A stretch of 52,928 bases of DNA from Seison nebaliae (Eukaryota). Below, piece by piece: positions 1 through 11,760 of this stretch (positions are counted from its first letter, which is position 1; the number at the start of each line of letters is the position of its first letter). Made by a program: the position numbers and the translations under genes. The notes beneath the pieces are model-generated. The model had not been told where the DNA came from, ran no database searches, and worked only from the letters and a program-made list of their open reading frames with translations. Where the stretch lies: assembly GCA_023231475.1 (NCBI GenBank), contig JALJEE010000800.1, positions 1 through 52,928 of the forward strand, read 5' to 3'.

Positions 1-172
1 GGTGGCAAACTGTCCACTTTTTGAGAAAAATGAGTAGATTTACATAGAAGGGTGGCGAAATCACCGAAAATACACACACAAGGTGGCAAAGTGTCCATAT
101 TCAGGGTGGCGAACTGTCCAAAATGGATAAAACAGGGTGGCAAAATATCAGGGTGGCGAAATCACCGTATAC
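1..172. mobile_element. Probable terminus of a DNA transposon/MITE with clustered subterminal repeats (truncated by the window start)
   Basis: Six GGTGGC-cored motifs within 170 bp (e.g. GGTGGCAAACTGTCC, GGGTGGCGAAATCACCG twice). The cluster ends abruptly at CCGTATACC and is GC-richer than the flank. No transposase is visible. Confidence 0.5.
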
Positions 173-715
173 CAAGAAGAGATGCCGTAGATTTTACATT
201 ACTCGTTTTCTTCATCCTTCCTACGTCGTAGGATCTACCATATAAGAAACTCAAAAAATATCATTAATTTTATATTATATTTAATAAATGATTTAGTAAA
301 TTATGTTTACTGAAAGTATTGTTTCCCAGAATTTCGTTATTGATGTTAACATGATAACATGAAACAAGATGGTTTTACATGATAAATTTGATATAATGTT
401 GATTGTAACGAAAAGTTTCAAGAGTTGAATAAATAATTTAAACTTCCATCAACATTTTCTAAAAGTGAAGTAAATGAGAAAGTTTTATTGAATGAAAAGA
501 ATTAAAGAAATTAAAACATTTAAAACAGGACTTTCGGACATCTTATTAAAACTTTATTAGAAGTGGAAGAGAATTGATCTGTTTTTTTTTTCAAAGATAA
601 TCGGCAGTCACTTACAGTTGTTCTTATTCGGATTAGTTCAGTGTTGATGATTTATATGTTTGGTTAGTAGTTGCTAATCATTCAATTAATGGACTGGATA
701 AGTTAGTGAATGAAT

Positions 716-2316
716 TCAAGATCCTAATTCCATTAAGTCTTCCAAATCTCCTCGATACAAATTATAGACTTTACACAATTTATCTAAACATCGAATACGA
801 ACTAGTAGAGCATCGTTACTACTTAAGTCTCCCTGGGCTTTCAACGTCTCCATCACTTGTCGTTTCATGAGACGTTCCTTATCTGATTTATCCTCCAACA
901 TCTTACGAACTTTACTCTGAATTTCCACGATGGATGTATTGAAGACCATGGCGCGAAGTATTTGACACACCTTCTCAGCTAGATATAATATAATATTGAG
1001 TTTATATTCTTTTCTAATTAATTTTAGAGATTAACCAATGAATGGTAAAGAGAGACTAAATATCGAGAACGACAATTGATAAGGATGATCTGATTCTGTA
1101 TACTTGATAACTTCGATGTCGTTGTTGTGTCCCATTCGCAGGATGGCACCTTGGTTCTCATATGAATCACAATAGTTTGGAGCGGAGAACACACAAACGA
1201 CACTAGGAAATCCTTTAAATGCTTTATAGAAGGTCACTCCACCTTGTTGTACCTGAAGTGGACAAATTAGTTGAAGTTTAAATAAATCAAATTTATTCGG
1301 AACTTGATGTGCTCGAATAATGGCTTGCAATTGATTCTTTACCAAAAATGTAGTTATTGCTCGATATGAACATACATAAGAACATCCTCTCGTTGTATTA
1401 TCAGTGAAATCATCATCTGTTACTATAGTGGCAATGGTTCCTGCGTCCGATGTTTTATCGTTCGTCAAACCATAAAATGACGGATCTTCCGGATCGCCCC
1501 AAACTAAATCACACATGGGGCCCGAACCCGGAATGTCTTCCCATCGATCTCCATTATCATCTAATTCCAATACGTCATATGGTGAAAGTAGATGTGGAGA
1601 GATACATCCATGCATACAAAAGAATTTTCGATCAACAACCGCACATAACGGCAAATGGAAGAAAGATTGAAGACATGTTTCGTAGAACTTCTCTCCATAC
1701 TTTTCACCAGCTTCGTTTGCAAACGAATAAACTTGAGTCATTTCTCGACCTTCATGATTACCTCTCATGAAAAAGATGCGTTGAGGATAATTAATTTTCA
1801 AGGACCATAAAAAGAGAATGACTTCACAACCGAATGCTCCCCTATCCACATAGTCGCCTGAGAGGAGAAGTGAAAGAGATGAGGAAATGAGAGAAAGAAG
1901 GAGAAACCTAAAAACAGATATTTGAAATCGCTAGTCTTACCTTTAATTAGATTATCGGGGAAATCTTCGCAGATACGAAATATTGTCAACAAATCATAAA
2001 ATTGACCATGAATATCACCGAAAATGTAAGTTGGTGAATTGACTTCGAGGAGGGCGGCCTCTCCTCGGAAGATTTCCGCGGCCTGCACAAGAATATAAAG
2101 TGCACATTTCAATTCCAAACGTCCTTCTTGTGCGAGATGTGAACGGAGTAGAGTCAAATTGACTTTCCCGTCAACAATCAAATCTCGTTGTGTTAATTTC
2201 TTGGAAGCAGGAATACTTTTGACGACTTTGGCATGGATGCTGGTGGAGGAAGCACGCCGATTCTGATTTTGACGTCCTACTGTCGTGGACACACTGGTAC
2301 GTGTCACTTTCTTCAT
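716..2316 (-). CDS. Divergent calcineurin A-like (PPP3/PP2B) catalytic subunit, 4 exons (introns 1858-1907, 1253-1303, 979-1035)
   Basis: The spliced product has GDIHG, GDYVDRG, RGNHE, RAHQ and FSAPNY. It also has calcineurin-type segments: N-terminal HLAQEGRL, the CnB-binding helix HPY..SLPFIAEKV and a CaM-binding-like LVRIRCLDKLCKVYNLYR. All three GTT..AG introns restore frame or motifs. Confidence 0.88.
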
Positions 2317-5300
2317 ACACAACAAGAATAATAAAATGGATTAATTTATTGAAATGAAATTCTTCGATTGTTTGACAATCAATAAGATTAAGTGAAAATG
2401 GAGTTGAACCCAAAAAAATTCATTAAAATTTCTAATTTACTATTCCGATTTTTCCATCATTAATATATTTCTCTCTATGGATGTGGTATGGAGGGGGATT
2501 GTTGATGAATAAACAATTTCATATTTCCTCCTTCTCTCAAAACCCAACTAGTATTTGACCAATCAATTATTGATTCGTTTTCCCAATTCAACTATCAAAT
2601 CGTCAAACTTTTCATCTTATTTTTGATGAGGAATTGTGATAAGGGATCCGTCTTTGTGTTTTTTTGTGATAGATTAATTCAACGAAACTGATTTCCCTAA
2701 TGAAACATCAATATGTGATTAGTAAACAGAAGATGAGAAGACAGATTTTGTTTTATTGAATCTTTCTTTATTAAGAATGAAGATGAAGAAAGTGGGATAA
2801 ATGGAAGAGATTTCTCCGTCCATCAAGCACGTAGCAATGTTAATAATCGAACTTAATATGAACGGGAAAAATTAAGTAGTATCATATTGGATATTGATGG
2901 AATTCATCATGATTATTAAGTCTTCGTCTTCTAAGGAGGATTGGAGTTGAATGACGATTAATATTCTTCCTCATCCTTTTTAGGAGTGAGTCGAGAAGAA
3001 CAAACAGAAAGCACAATATTACTTTGCTTTATTCACTTCTTCACTTTGACATCAGATGAAGTCGGAGAAGAGAATCGAATCCATTTTCCCTCCAATAAAT
3101 ATGAGAAGTGGATATGAGAGCCTGTTGGAATGGTAGTCGGTTGTAAGATGGATCTGAGAGTAGGCTAAATAGAAGTAATAAGTTGAAATGATTCATATAA
3201 ATGAATTAGAATGAAATATTATTTTCATTTTCTATTCATATTTGTTGCTTCTTCTGATTCTTTCTCATTCCATCGACAAAAGAAGGAGATGAAGAAATCG
3301 GATAATCGTTCGTCCCATCTATTTGAATAGATATTTGATATTCTAATAAACGTTATGGTGATCGCTGTTTGCTAAACATCTTCTCGTCTCACAGAGGAGA
3401 CATCATCGTCCGAAACTACTAAATGATTCCACACGAAATGATAAGTCGTCGACCTGTCTTTCTTCTTCATATTTATTAGTTATTCATCTACTTATTCATA
3501 TTCGATCGTATCCTGAGAAAATCAGCACTTCTACTCATCCCGAGAATGGAAGAGGGAGGGGGGGGAGGAAGACGATTCGAGAATAAGTGTTGGTGTTGAT
3601 TATTCGCATATCCGGAAAATTATTCGGTAACTATTGTTTCGAATGGAAATTTTTAGTATTATCATATCTGATAAATGTGAACGTATGGAAGTGATAGTCA
3701 GTCAGAAAGCAGAATTGAATGTTTATTTCCCCTTATCCTCACCTCACTGAGAGGTAGTTGCTAATAAATAAAGTAATTATTTCGAAATAAGGAGAAAATT
3801 AAACGGTAATCGTCATTCTCCACTCGGCTAATATGTTCTTACTCTATTCATCTATTAATATTTATGACGACGAAGTGAAAAGGAAGAAAAATGAAATTAT
3901 TAATGTGGAAAGACTAATAGATTAATTATCCCTTCTGAAACGACCGTGAGTATATCCCATTGACTGCCATGTTCAGGTGTTGTGAGGCGTGAAATAAGAA
4001 GAAGTTAGTTAAAAATTACTAATTCGTTTTTGTTAGTTGAAGAAAAGGACTACTTCTCGAAATTAGTAGTTGAATTTAATTGAATTCTATCGAATCACAT
4101 CTCGAAAAGTACATTCTACATCCTCACTTTCGACACCTACACCCCCTCTCTTCTTAACTCGATCATATAACTAACTTAGTAATATAAAAAATTTTAATTG
4201 TTCAACATAGTGAATGCACGATGTCGGACGCAACTCCTCTCCCCCACAATGGGCGAAAGAAAATTTAAAGTTGTTATCGCATTTCCCCCTCGTTTTTTTT
4301 TCTCGAAGAATGATATGCGGCTTCAATCCAATTCATTTCATTCGTTCGATCGATCTCTTGACAAACATTATTTATTCGCTTCTTCATATTTATCACAAAC
4401 TAAACTTTTGTTGTGAACGTATTGCTAACTAATTGTGAGGTTCCCTACTAATCACAATAAGAAGTAAAGCGATAAAGATTACGATGGGGTTGTTATTCAC
4501 GAAAAGAAAGAGGAGGAACACAATGGAAGGAAATGAGTTCAACTCTTTCTTTTGATTTGATAATTGATAAATTCAATACGGCCACTTGGTGTATGTTAGC
4601 GATGAGGGCGACGAATACCCTTCTATGTATAACTACGCGTATGTAAGAGAGATATGACTATCCGCTGAAAGTGAGACCGAGTTATTTCTAAACGTACAAA
4701 GACTCGTCTACTTTTAGAGGATCGTTGCAAATCACTTGAATTACAGCTACAAGCAAATACCAACATCTAATGATGATGAATGATTAAGAACAATGAATGC
4801 CGGCCTCAAACTACTTCGATAACCATGTGTGTATGTGTGTGAATATATCGACATATAGACACACATACCCACATCCATATATCAACATTTCCACTTTCTT
4901 ATTTACTTTTCTTTTGTGCGGAGGATGTGTTGTTGTCATTAGGAACGACGTCGACAAGATACTCAAATTAACGTATAATTTTTTTTCTTCCTTTCTCATA
5001 ATCACTAATTGTTGGTAATGTTTCACTCTCACCCCGTCATCCTTTACCTTTCTCAATTCAATCGTCATTCCTCCAATTATAGTTCTTCCTAAATACACTT
5101 ACATTATCGCACTAATCTAAGAGATGCTTCCAATTAGTTAGTGATATATTAAGAAACGAGACGTCTATTGTAATTTAGAATGGATTAATTCCCTTCTGAA
5201 AGAAATGCCAATCGATTCCATCCATCTCCATCATTATGTCTTTTCCATTTCTCCTAATTAAATTTAGACAAAAAAATCGTTTGACTAATCCGTTTGTTTT

Positions 5301-5651
5301 AGTGAACTCTTCTTCTTCCTAATTCTCTCAATTCATTCACTAGTTCAAGTACCAAAACAACCACTAAAAAAGTACTAGAACTTTCAATCCCATCTCTCAT
5401 TCTTTTTTCTTCAACTTCTCTCATCGATTCTCTTCTCGATTCCAATTCCATTCCATTCTGTTCACTTCACTCATCAACAACATATCATCGAAATTAATCG
5501 ATTTAATTACTCTATAACTATTTCTCACTGTTATGCCACATCTGTAACCACATCGAATATTGATCAAAATTAATATATTTCCCATTCTCCATTCTTTTCC
5601 AGAAGTATTTCTCTTCTCTCCTTTCTCTTCGATAAATAGTCAACCAAATCA

Positions 5652-6764
5652 ATGGAACGAAAATTAAATAACAGTACCAACTCGACGAATGGTCGAATTC
5701 TATTCGATGTTCCATGTAAAGTTTGTTCTGATCATTCGTCAGGAAAACATTATGGAATTTTCGCGTGTGACGGGTTTCCTTTCAAATTCTCTTACTTTAT
5801 TCTCATCTTCTTCTATTTTTGGTTAGTTGTGCCGGATTCTTTAAACGAAGTATTCGACGCAATCGGCAATATATCTGTAAGAATACAGGAATCGTTTCTA
5901 AGTCCACGTCTCATCTTTGTACGATCGATAAAGTTCATCGGAATCAATGTCGATCATGTCGCTTACAACGATGTATCCAAGTTGGAATGAACAAAGACGG
6001 TTTGCTAATCTCACTCCACCAATTCTCCACCAATCACTTCTTTCCTTTATCTCTTCTCATTTGCAGCCGTCCAACATGAACGTGGTCCAAGAAATTCGAC
6101 GATTCGTCGTCAAATGGCTTTGCTGATGAATAACTCGTCGAACAATCATTTACAATCAAGTCTACATCAAAAACCATTAGGAAATAATTCGATAAACAAA
6201 TCAACGATATATTCCACACAAAATCTGTCGAGTAACATCGATTCTTCTCATCTTCATTCTCCAGTTGACAAAGTCGATCAAATGAAATTGGCAAACAACT
6301 TCTTCAAACTATTCAGTCAAACTCTGTCGAACAAACGACAAATTAAAGACGAAAAATTATTATCCTCTTGCTCCTCCTCCACATCTTCAACATCCTCACG
6401 ATCGTCACTTCCTCAGAACCATACGAACGGAAATGACAATGAACTTATTCAAAATATTAATCCCGAATCACCAAAATTAATGACGAATAATGACGAAGTC
6501 TATAGGAAAAAACCGATAGCTTTCGACAACAAGATCAACTTGGCAACCATGTTGCTCACGCTCTATAAATTGAACGGTGATAATCATGATGGTAATTCCA
6601 TCAAAATCGATACTATGAGAAAACACAAGTTTAATGATGAAATAGTGGACGACGAAAGATTTAAAGAGAAACGATTGAAAGTCGAACATCTGGAACCGGA
6701 CGATGAGAAGAGGAAGAAGAAGAAAAATGTTTCTTCCTTCACCATCATGGCACTCACATCATAG
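5652..6764 (+). CDS. tll: Tailless/TLX (NR2E1) nuclear receptor, 3 exons (introns 5774-5826, 6000-6066); no recognisable ligand-binding domain
   Basis: The spliced [47 protein letters not shown]...[13 protein letters not shown]...[23 protein letters not shown] matches the tailless P-box (CDGCAG) and T/A box. Confidence 0.93.
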
Positions 6765-7270
6765 AACAGGAATTATGTTCCTTTATTTATTCTTATTATC
6801 AAACGACTACAATTATCATTATTATTATTATTATTCATTTTATTATCATACTCATTTCCATTATTTCATTAATTTTCATCCAAATTTAATTTATGTAAAA
6901 ATAATAAATATATTTCTCATCTAATTCCAATTAACTTGTTCATTAATTTTATTTCATTACCAGTTAATAATTGTCAGAAAGAAGTTCGTCGAGAAATTGT
7001 TTCATCAACTATCTCGTCATCATAAAATCGATAATCGATCAATTAATTTCCTCATTTCTCTTCGTGTTGTTTAGGGAGGCAATTGATATAAAATAAATTT
7101 AATGTTCACAATTTCCAAAATTGATCTGAAATCGATCATTCATTAAATAATTGTCAATCTACTGAACAATCAACACCACACTCATTGACAACATTCTTTA
7201 TGATGGTCATACAAATCTCGCTCGTCAATTCACCAAACTGCGTTAATTGGACAATTGTTTCTCCGTTAGA

Positions 7271-8626
7271 TTAATCCGATTTATTTACATTATCGAAGTT
7301 GATTGAGGAAACATCTCGTACATTTTCTGCTGTGATCGTCAATGAATTGGCATTCGATAGATTTGGAGCTTGAAACATCGGTTCCAGTAGAATCTCCTCC
7401 AGAACTGAACGTAAACCCCTCGCTCCGAGATTTTTTTTCTAACGGAAAATTATCATATTAATTTGAATTTAGAAAATTCTTCTAACTTTTGCTTCTTTCA
7501 CAATCGCATCAAGTGCTCCATCTGTTATGTTTAATTTGATTAAATCGAGATCGAATAAATGTTCGAATTGAAGAATATAAGAATTTTTCGTTTCTTTTAA
7601 GATCTGTTTCAACATCTTCTCGTCGAGAGAATGGAAAGTAATGATTACTGGCATCCGACCAATAAATTCGGGTATCATTCCGTATGAAATTAAATCTTTT
7701 GCATCAACTTTATCTCGAATAAGATCCAATTCTATATGATCATTAGTTAGTACAACCGATGAATCGTCGTGATGATTTGGACGGAAACCGATTGTTGCAG
7801 CTTTCGTTCTCTTCCTCACCATTTTTTCTATCCCTACGAATGCTCCCGATCCAATAAACAGAATGTTTGTCGTGTCAATCAAAATCGGTTCAGTACGGAA
7901 ACGACTTATACTGGCCCCTGATTCTGCTAACGGTACAATCGTTCCCTCCAATAATTTTAGGAGACTTTGCTGAACACCTTCACCTGACACATCTTTAGTG
8001 TGCATACCATCCGCATGTGATTGAACTGCTGCAAGTTTATCTATTTCATCTAAAAAAACTATTCCTTTCTCACATCGCTCAACATTTCCATCGGAATTTT
8101 TGAATAATTTTCCAATGATACTTTCAATATCTTCACCAACATATCCCGCTTGTGTCAATGTAGTACAATCACAAATAACAAATGGTACGTCTAGAACTTT
8201 GGCTATTGTTTTAGCTAATAAAGTTTTCCCCGTTCCACTCGGCCCCACCAACAGAATATTACTCTTCTCAATCACTAAATCTTCATCGTCCTCTCCTAAT
8301 ACTATATCTGCCGTACTATTACTACTCGTAGGAGGAGGAGGAGGAGGAGGAATGGTTTGTTCACTTGCTTTAAATTTTTTTAAATTCTCAGTCAATTTAT
8401 CATCGAAAGTATAAAATGGTTCGATGTCGTTACCTCCCCTATTATTACCATTATCGATATCGGAAGAAAAATATCGATGATTTATCATTCGATTCTCCCT
8501 AAGGAAGGAAGTTGTAAATTTAGGAAGAGGAAAATTCCTTTGTTTCCTATTGTGAAGTGAAATAATTCCTGGGAAATTTAATATTCTGCTCACTTTGGGA
8601 GAATGTGTTAGAAGTTGACTGAACAT
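7271..8626 (-). CDS. CLPX: Mitochondrial ATP-dependent Clp protease ATP-binding subunit ClpX, 2 exons (intron 7439-7486)
   Basis: KSNILLVGPSGTGKT (Walker A), GYVGED pore loop, VFLDEIDK (Walker B), DVSGEGVQQ, IGF loop, PEFIGR; exon 2 adds LGARGLRS. The N-terminus is basic and targeting-peptide-like. Confidence 0.93.
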
Positions 8627-9398
8627 TATGTTAAAACTAGAAGTAAATAATAAGACGAGAATAAACTAAAAGAAATAGAACAAAAACTAAATTAAGGAAG
8701 GACAAGACGAAATGTTCTATTTTATGGATTTGGATTTTCCCTCAAATTTTGTCAATGAACTAATTCCCTCAATATGATAATTTAATTAACCATTTCTTCA
8801 TTTGACAAATAACAGAGATGTAGTTTGAATATGTACTCGTACATATGGAAATATTTTAATTAATTATTCCCTTCTACAAATAAAGTTGATGTGATATATA
8901 TAAAAATAAAATTATATTTTACTCTCTCAAATTTTTCTTATTTGTTAGACAAATTTCTCAGCTTCGCTCTCCTTCCTCACTAATTCGAAGTCCTTTGAAA
9001 ATTGGATGAAACACTTTATTTCTTGTTTCGAGCTGTTCGAATGAGCCCGAATAAAATTTAGTTTTTTAGAACTAAATTTTTTGAATCCGTATTTAACAAA
9101 AACTATTTTATAAAAATTTTATACTTTTCGTCAGAGATGTGTTATTCGAAAAATGTTCATATCAGTTTCTGGAACAGAGTTGAAATAATTATTTTTATTT
9201 AAATAAAAAGTGGGTGCGATTATTTAAATAAATTTATTTAGAAGATTGTACCGTTATTACCGATCTGAGCAATGTTTTATGGAGTTGTATGAAATATCTT
9301 TTTTTTTAAACACAGATCCAAAAAATTTTGTTGTAAAAACTATAAAGTTCGTCTAAATCTTTTCCCACTCATCATTTTACAATTAAATTTTTCAATGA

Positions 9399-11029
9399 AT
9401 GGAGCAAACTTCGAAAAATGTTAATCGAGATTTCGGTTCATTTTATGCATCGAATGTCTACGAATTAGTTACGAAGAAAGATTATGTTCCTCCCGATTGG
9501 CCATATTGGTCTTGGGCGTTGGATGAGATGTCGAAATTGGAAGATTTTCAGTGTTTACAACATAATTTCTTGTTAAAAGTTATTTTTAAAATTATTGTCT
9601 GTTTCTCATCTTTCTTCTTTCTGTAGAAACCATTAATTTTCTTGAATCATGGTGCTTTCGGAGCAACATTGAAATTACTTTTAGAATATAACCAAGTTTC
9701 ATTCAAATTGTTTACATTAATTAATTATGTTTGTTTCTATAGAAATTGGAGATTTTAGTTGAAGAGAATCCTCCATATTTCTTCGATTATATTTACTTCC
9801 CATTGTACGTGGACGTGTTGCGAGAGATCGCTAGCTTCGTCAGTTAGAGTATGTCCATATGTTCCCCTTCACTCATTTGACATAACCTCCATAGATTGTT
9901 TACCAACACAATTATTGCCCATAGAAAATGTAACATATGGACTAAATGTGATATTATCAAATCATTTGACTAAATTTGATAAAATTGTTTACTTCAATTT
10001 GACATATGGTTCATTCGATCAACTTCAGTCATCTAACAACTCTTCACGTTTAGGTGCAACCAAAAAAATTTTACGACAACTAAAAAAAGAAAGAGAATTG
10101 GAACTCGTTCAAATCGACTTGAGTGTCCCACTGAAGTGTAACGATATCATATCAACATTTGAACGACACTTTCCCGGAAATGTTAAACTTGTCATTTTAG
10201 ATCATATTTTTAGTAATACACCATATGTCGTGCCTGTCAATCAATTGAGTGAAATTGCGAAAAGGTTTTCCGTTTGATGATTTAAAAAATAATTTCTTAT
10301 ATAATATTTTTTAATAGGAAAGGATGTAAATATGTGTTGGTGGATGGGGCGCATGCAATCGGACAAATTCCGTTAGATTTATCGGCATCTAATGAAAAAC
10401 AGGATTTCACTCGAGAAAATTATAAATATATAATAAATTCTTGTTCAATAAATTTCTATTTGACGAACCTCCACAAATGGATGTGTTGTATGAATGGTTC
10501 GGCTATATTGTGGCACAATAATGACGAGAAGAATGGGGGAACCAAACTTCTCAAACCATTAATTCATTCGCATGGTGGGGATAACGAAGATTTGATCAGT
10601 CAATTCTCTTGGAAAGGATTGGGAACATTAACTCCATTTTTGTCATCCAAACTCATTTTTTATCTTCTCAATAATAATTCGGAAATATCAACAAAGTGGT
10701 TCGACGAACAGAAAAAATTGACGGATAACTTTTTGAATGTAGTGAAATTAGACAAATATGAATTAATCGGTTCGGAACAACATTTACCATCGATGATCAC
10801 GTTTCGTGTTTCGAGATCATTAGAAGATTTTATAAAAAGTAAAATGAACGGTATAATGGATTATTCAACAGCAGAATATCTGCAAAATTCTCTTCTCAAA
10901 ATATTTCGTTTGTCTGTTCCGGTGAAGTGTATCGATTCGAAAATTTATGTTCGAGTTTCGCTTCACTTCTATAACTCGCAATATGAATATATGAGATTAC
11001 TAGAGATCTTAAGAAGTTTAGTCATTTAA
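9399..11029 (+). CDS. Class-V PLP-dependent enzyme (L-cysteine desulfhydrase / isopenicillin-N epimerase CefD / Egt2-like C-S lyase), 6 exons (introns 9579-9626, 9696-9742, 9843-9894, 10009-10053, 10265-10317)
   Basis: Spliced motifs FLNHGAFG, ENVTYGLN, TYGA, LVILDHIFSN, LVDGAHAIGQ, YLTNLHKW (PLP lysine) and YVRVSLHFYN. Confidence 0.85.
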
Positions 11030-11462
11030 GAAACATGGCCGTACGATCCCCAATATTCAATTGTTTCAACGTCTTCTTATACTCCGACGGTTTACTACCA
11101 TACATCTTACATGGCACATCAGATGTATATAACGATAATTTTTTCATAGTGAAATCATTCATAAATTTTTGTTTTTCTATTGGAGTTAATGTCTTTGAAA
11201 TTTTCATTAAAATCTTCTTCAATAATCCTTCTAATGTTTCCGCTGAGGGAACGATAAAAATATAACGTTTCCCATTAAATATCCGAATGGCGACTTGTAA
11301 TGTCTCTGGTGTGGATAGTTGTCCAATCTCTGGTAAGAGAGCAATGGAGTGCTTCGCATTACCTGATGTTAATCTAAACTCTCATCATACGATGAAGATA
11401 GATAAAAGATAAAATGATAAGATAAACCTAATATTTCCCAATTTTGTTGACGTAGTTGTCAT
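11022..11462 (-). CDS. Small UBX-domain protein (UBXN10-like), 2 exons (intron 11374-11427)
   Basis: The spliced product MTTTSTKLGNIR|LTSG...LQVAIRIFNGKRYIF...ETLEGLL...LYTSDVPCKMY...KKTLKQLNIGDRTAMFLK fits the UBX beta-grasp pattern (hhhR..G.R; VP loop; TL..L.I). Confidence 0.6.
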
Positions 11463-11760
11463 GACGACGAAGATTAATAATTTGCTAATCCTCTTTTAAA
11501 ATTAATATTTTTCCTTGGTTCTTTCTTTCGAATTTCAATTGTGTTCTATTGTCTTCAATAATTAATCAGTAATAATGGATTTCGGCAGTTGTCATCGATT
11601 TGTGATTATTTCAAGATCAAATAAGATCGTTAGCGTCAGTTACAAGGGAAAAACTCGAAGAAATATTTTGAGATTTGATGAAGTGGAAATTGAATTTTTA
11701 ATTTTGAAAAGAGGCTGACAATTCTCTGTTTTATTCATTTCACGATTCATAAAAAGTAGA

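Noticed and set aside
1..172. CRISPR-like repeat-spacer appearance
   Set aside because: Repeats are short and degenerate, spacers irregular, the context is eukaryotic, and no cas genes are present.
3905..3925. TGGAAAGACTAATAGATT resembling miR-7/miR-71
   Set aside because: The seed does not match exactly and no supporting hairpin was seen.
2420..5640. Short ORFs between calcineurin and tailless, including a GC-richer patch at ~4575-4780
   Set aside because: No motifs, stops in all frames examined and no consistent GTT-AG exon chain; more likely tailless regulatory DNA.
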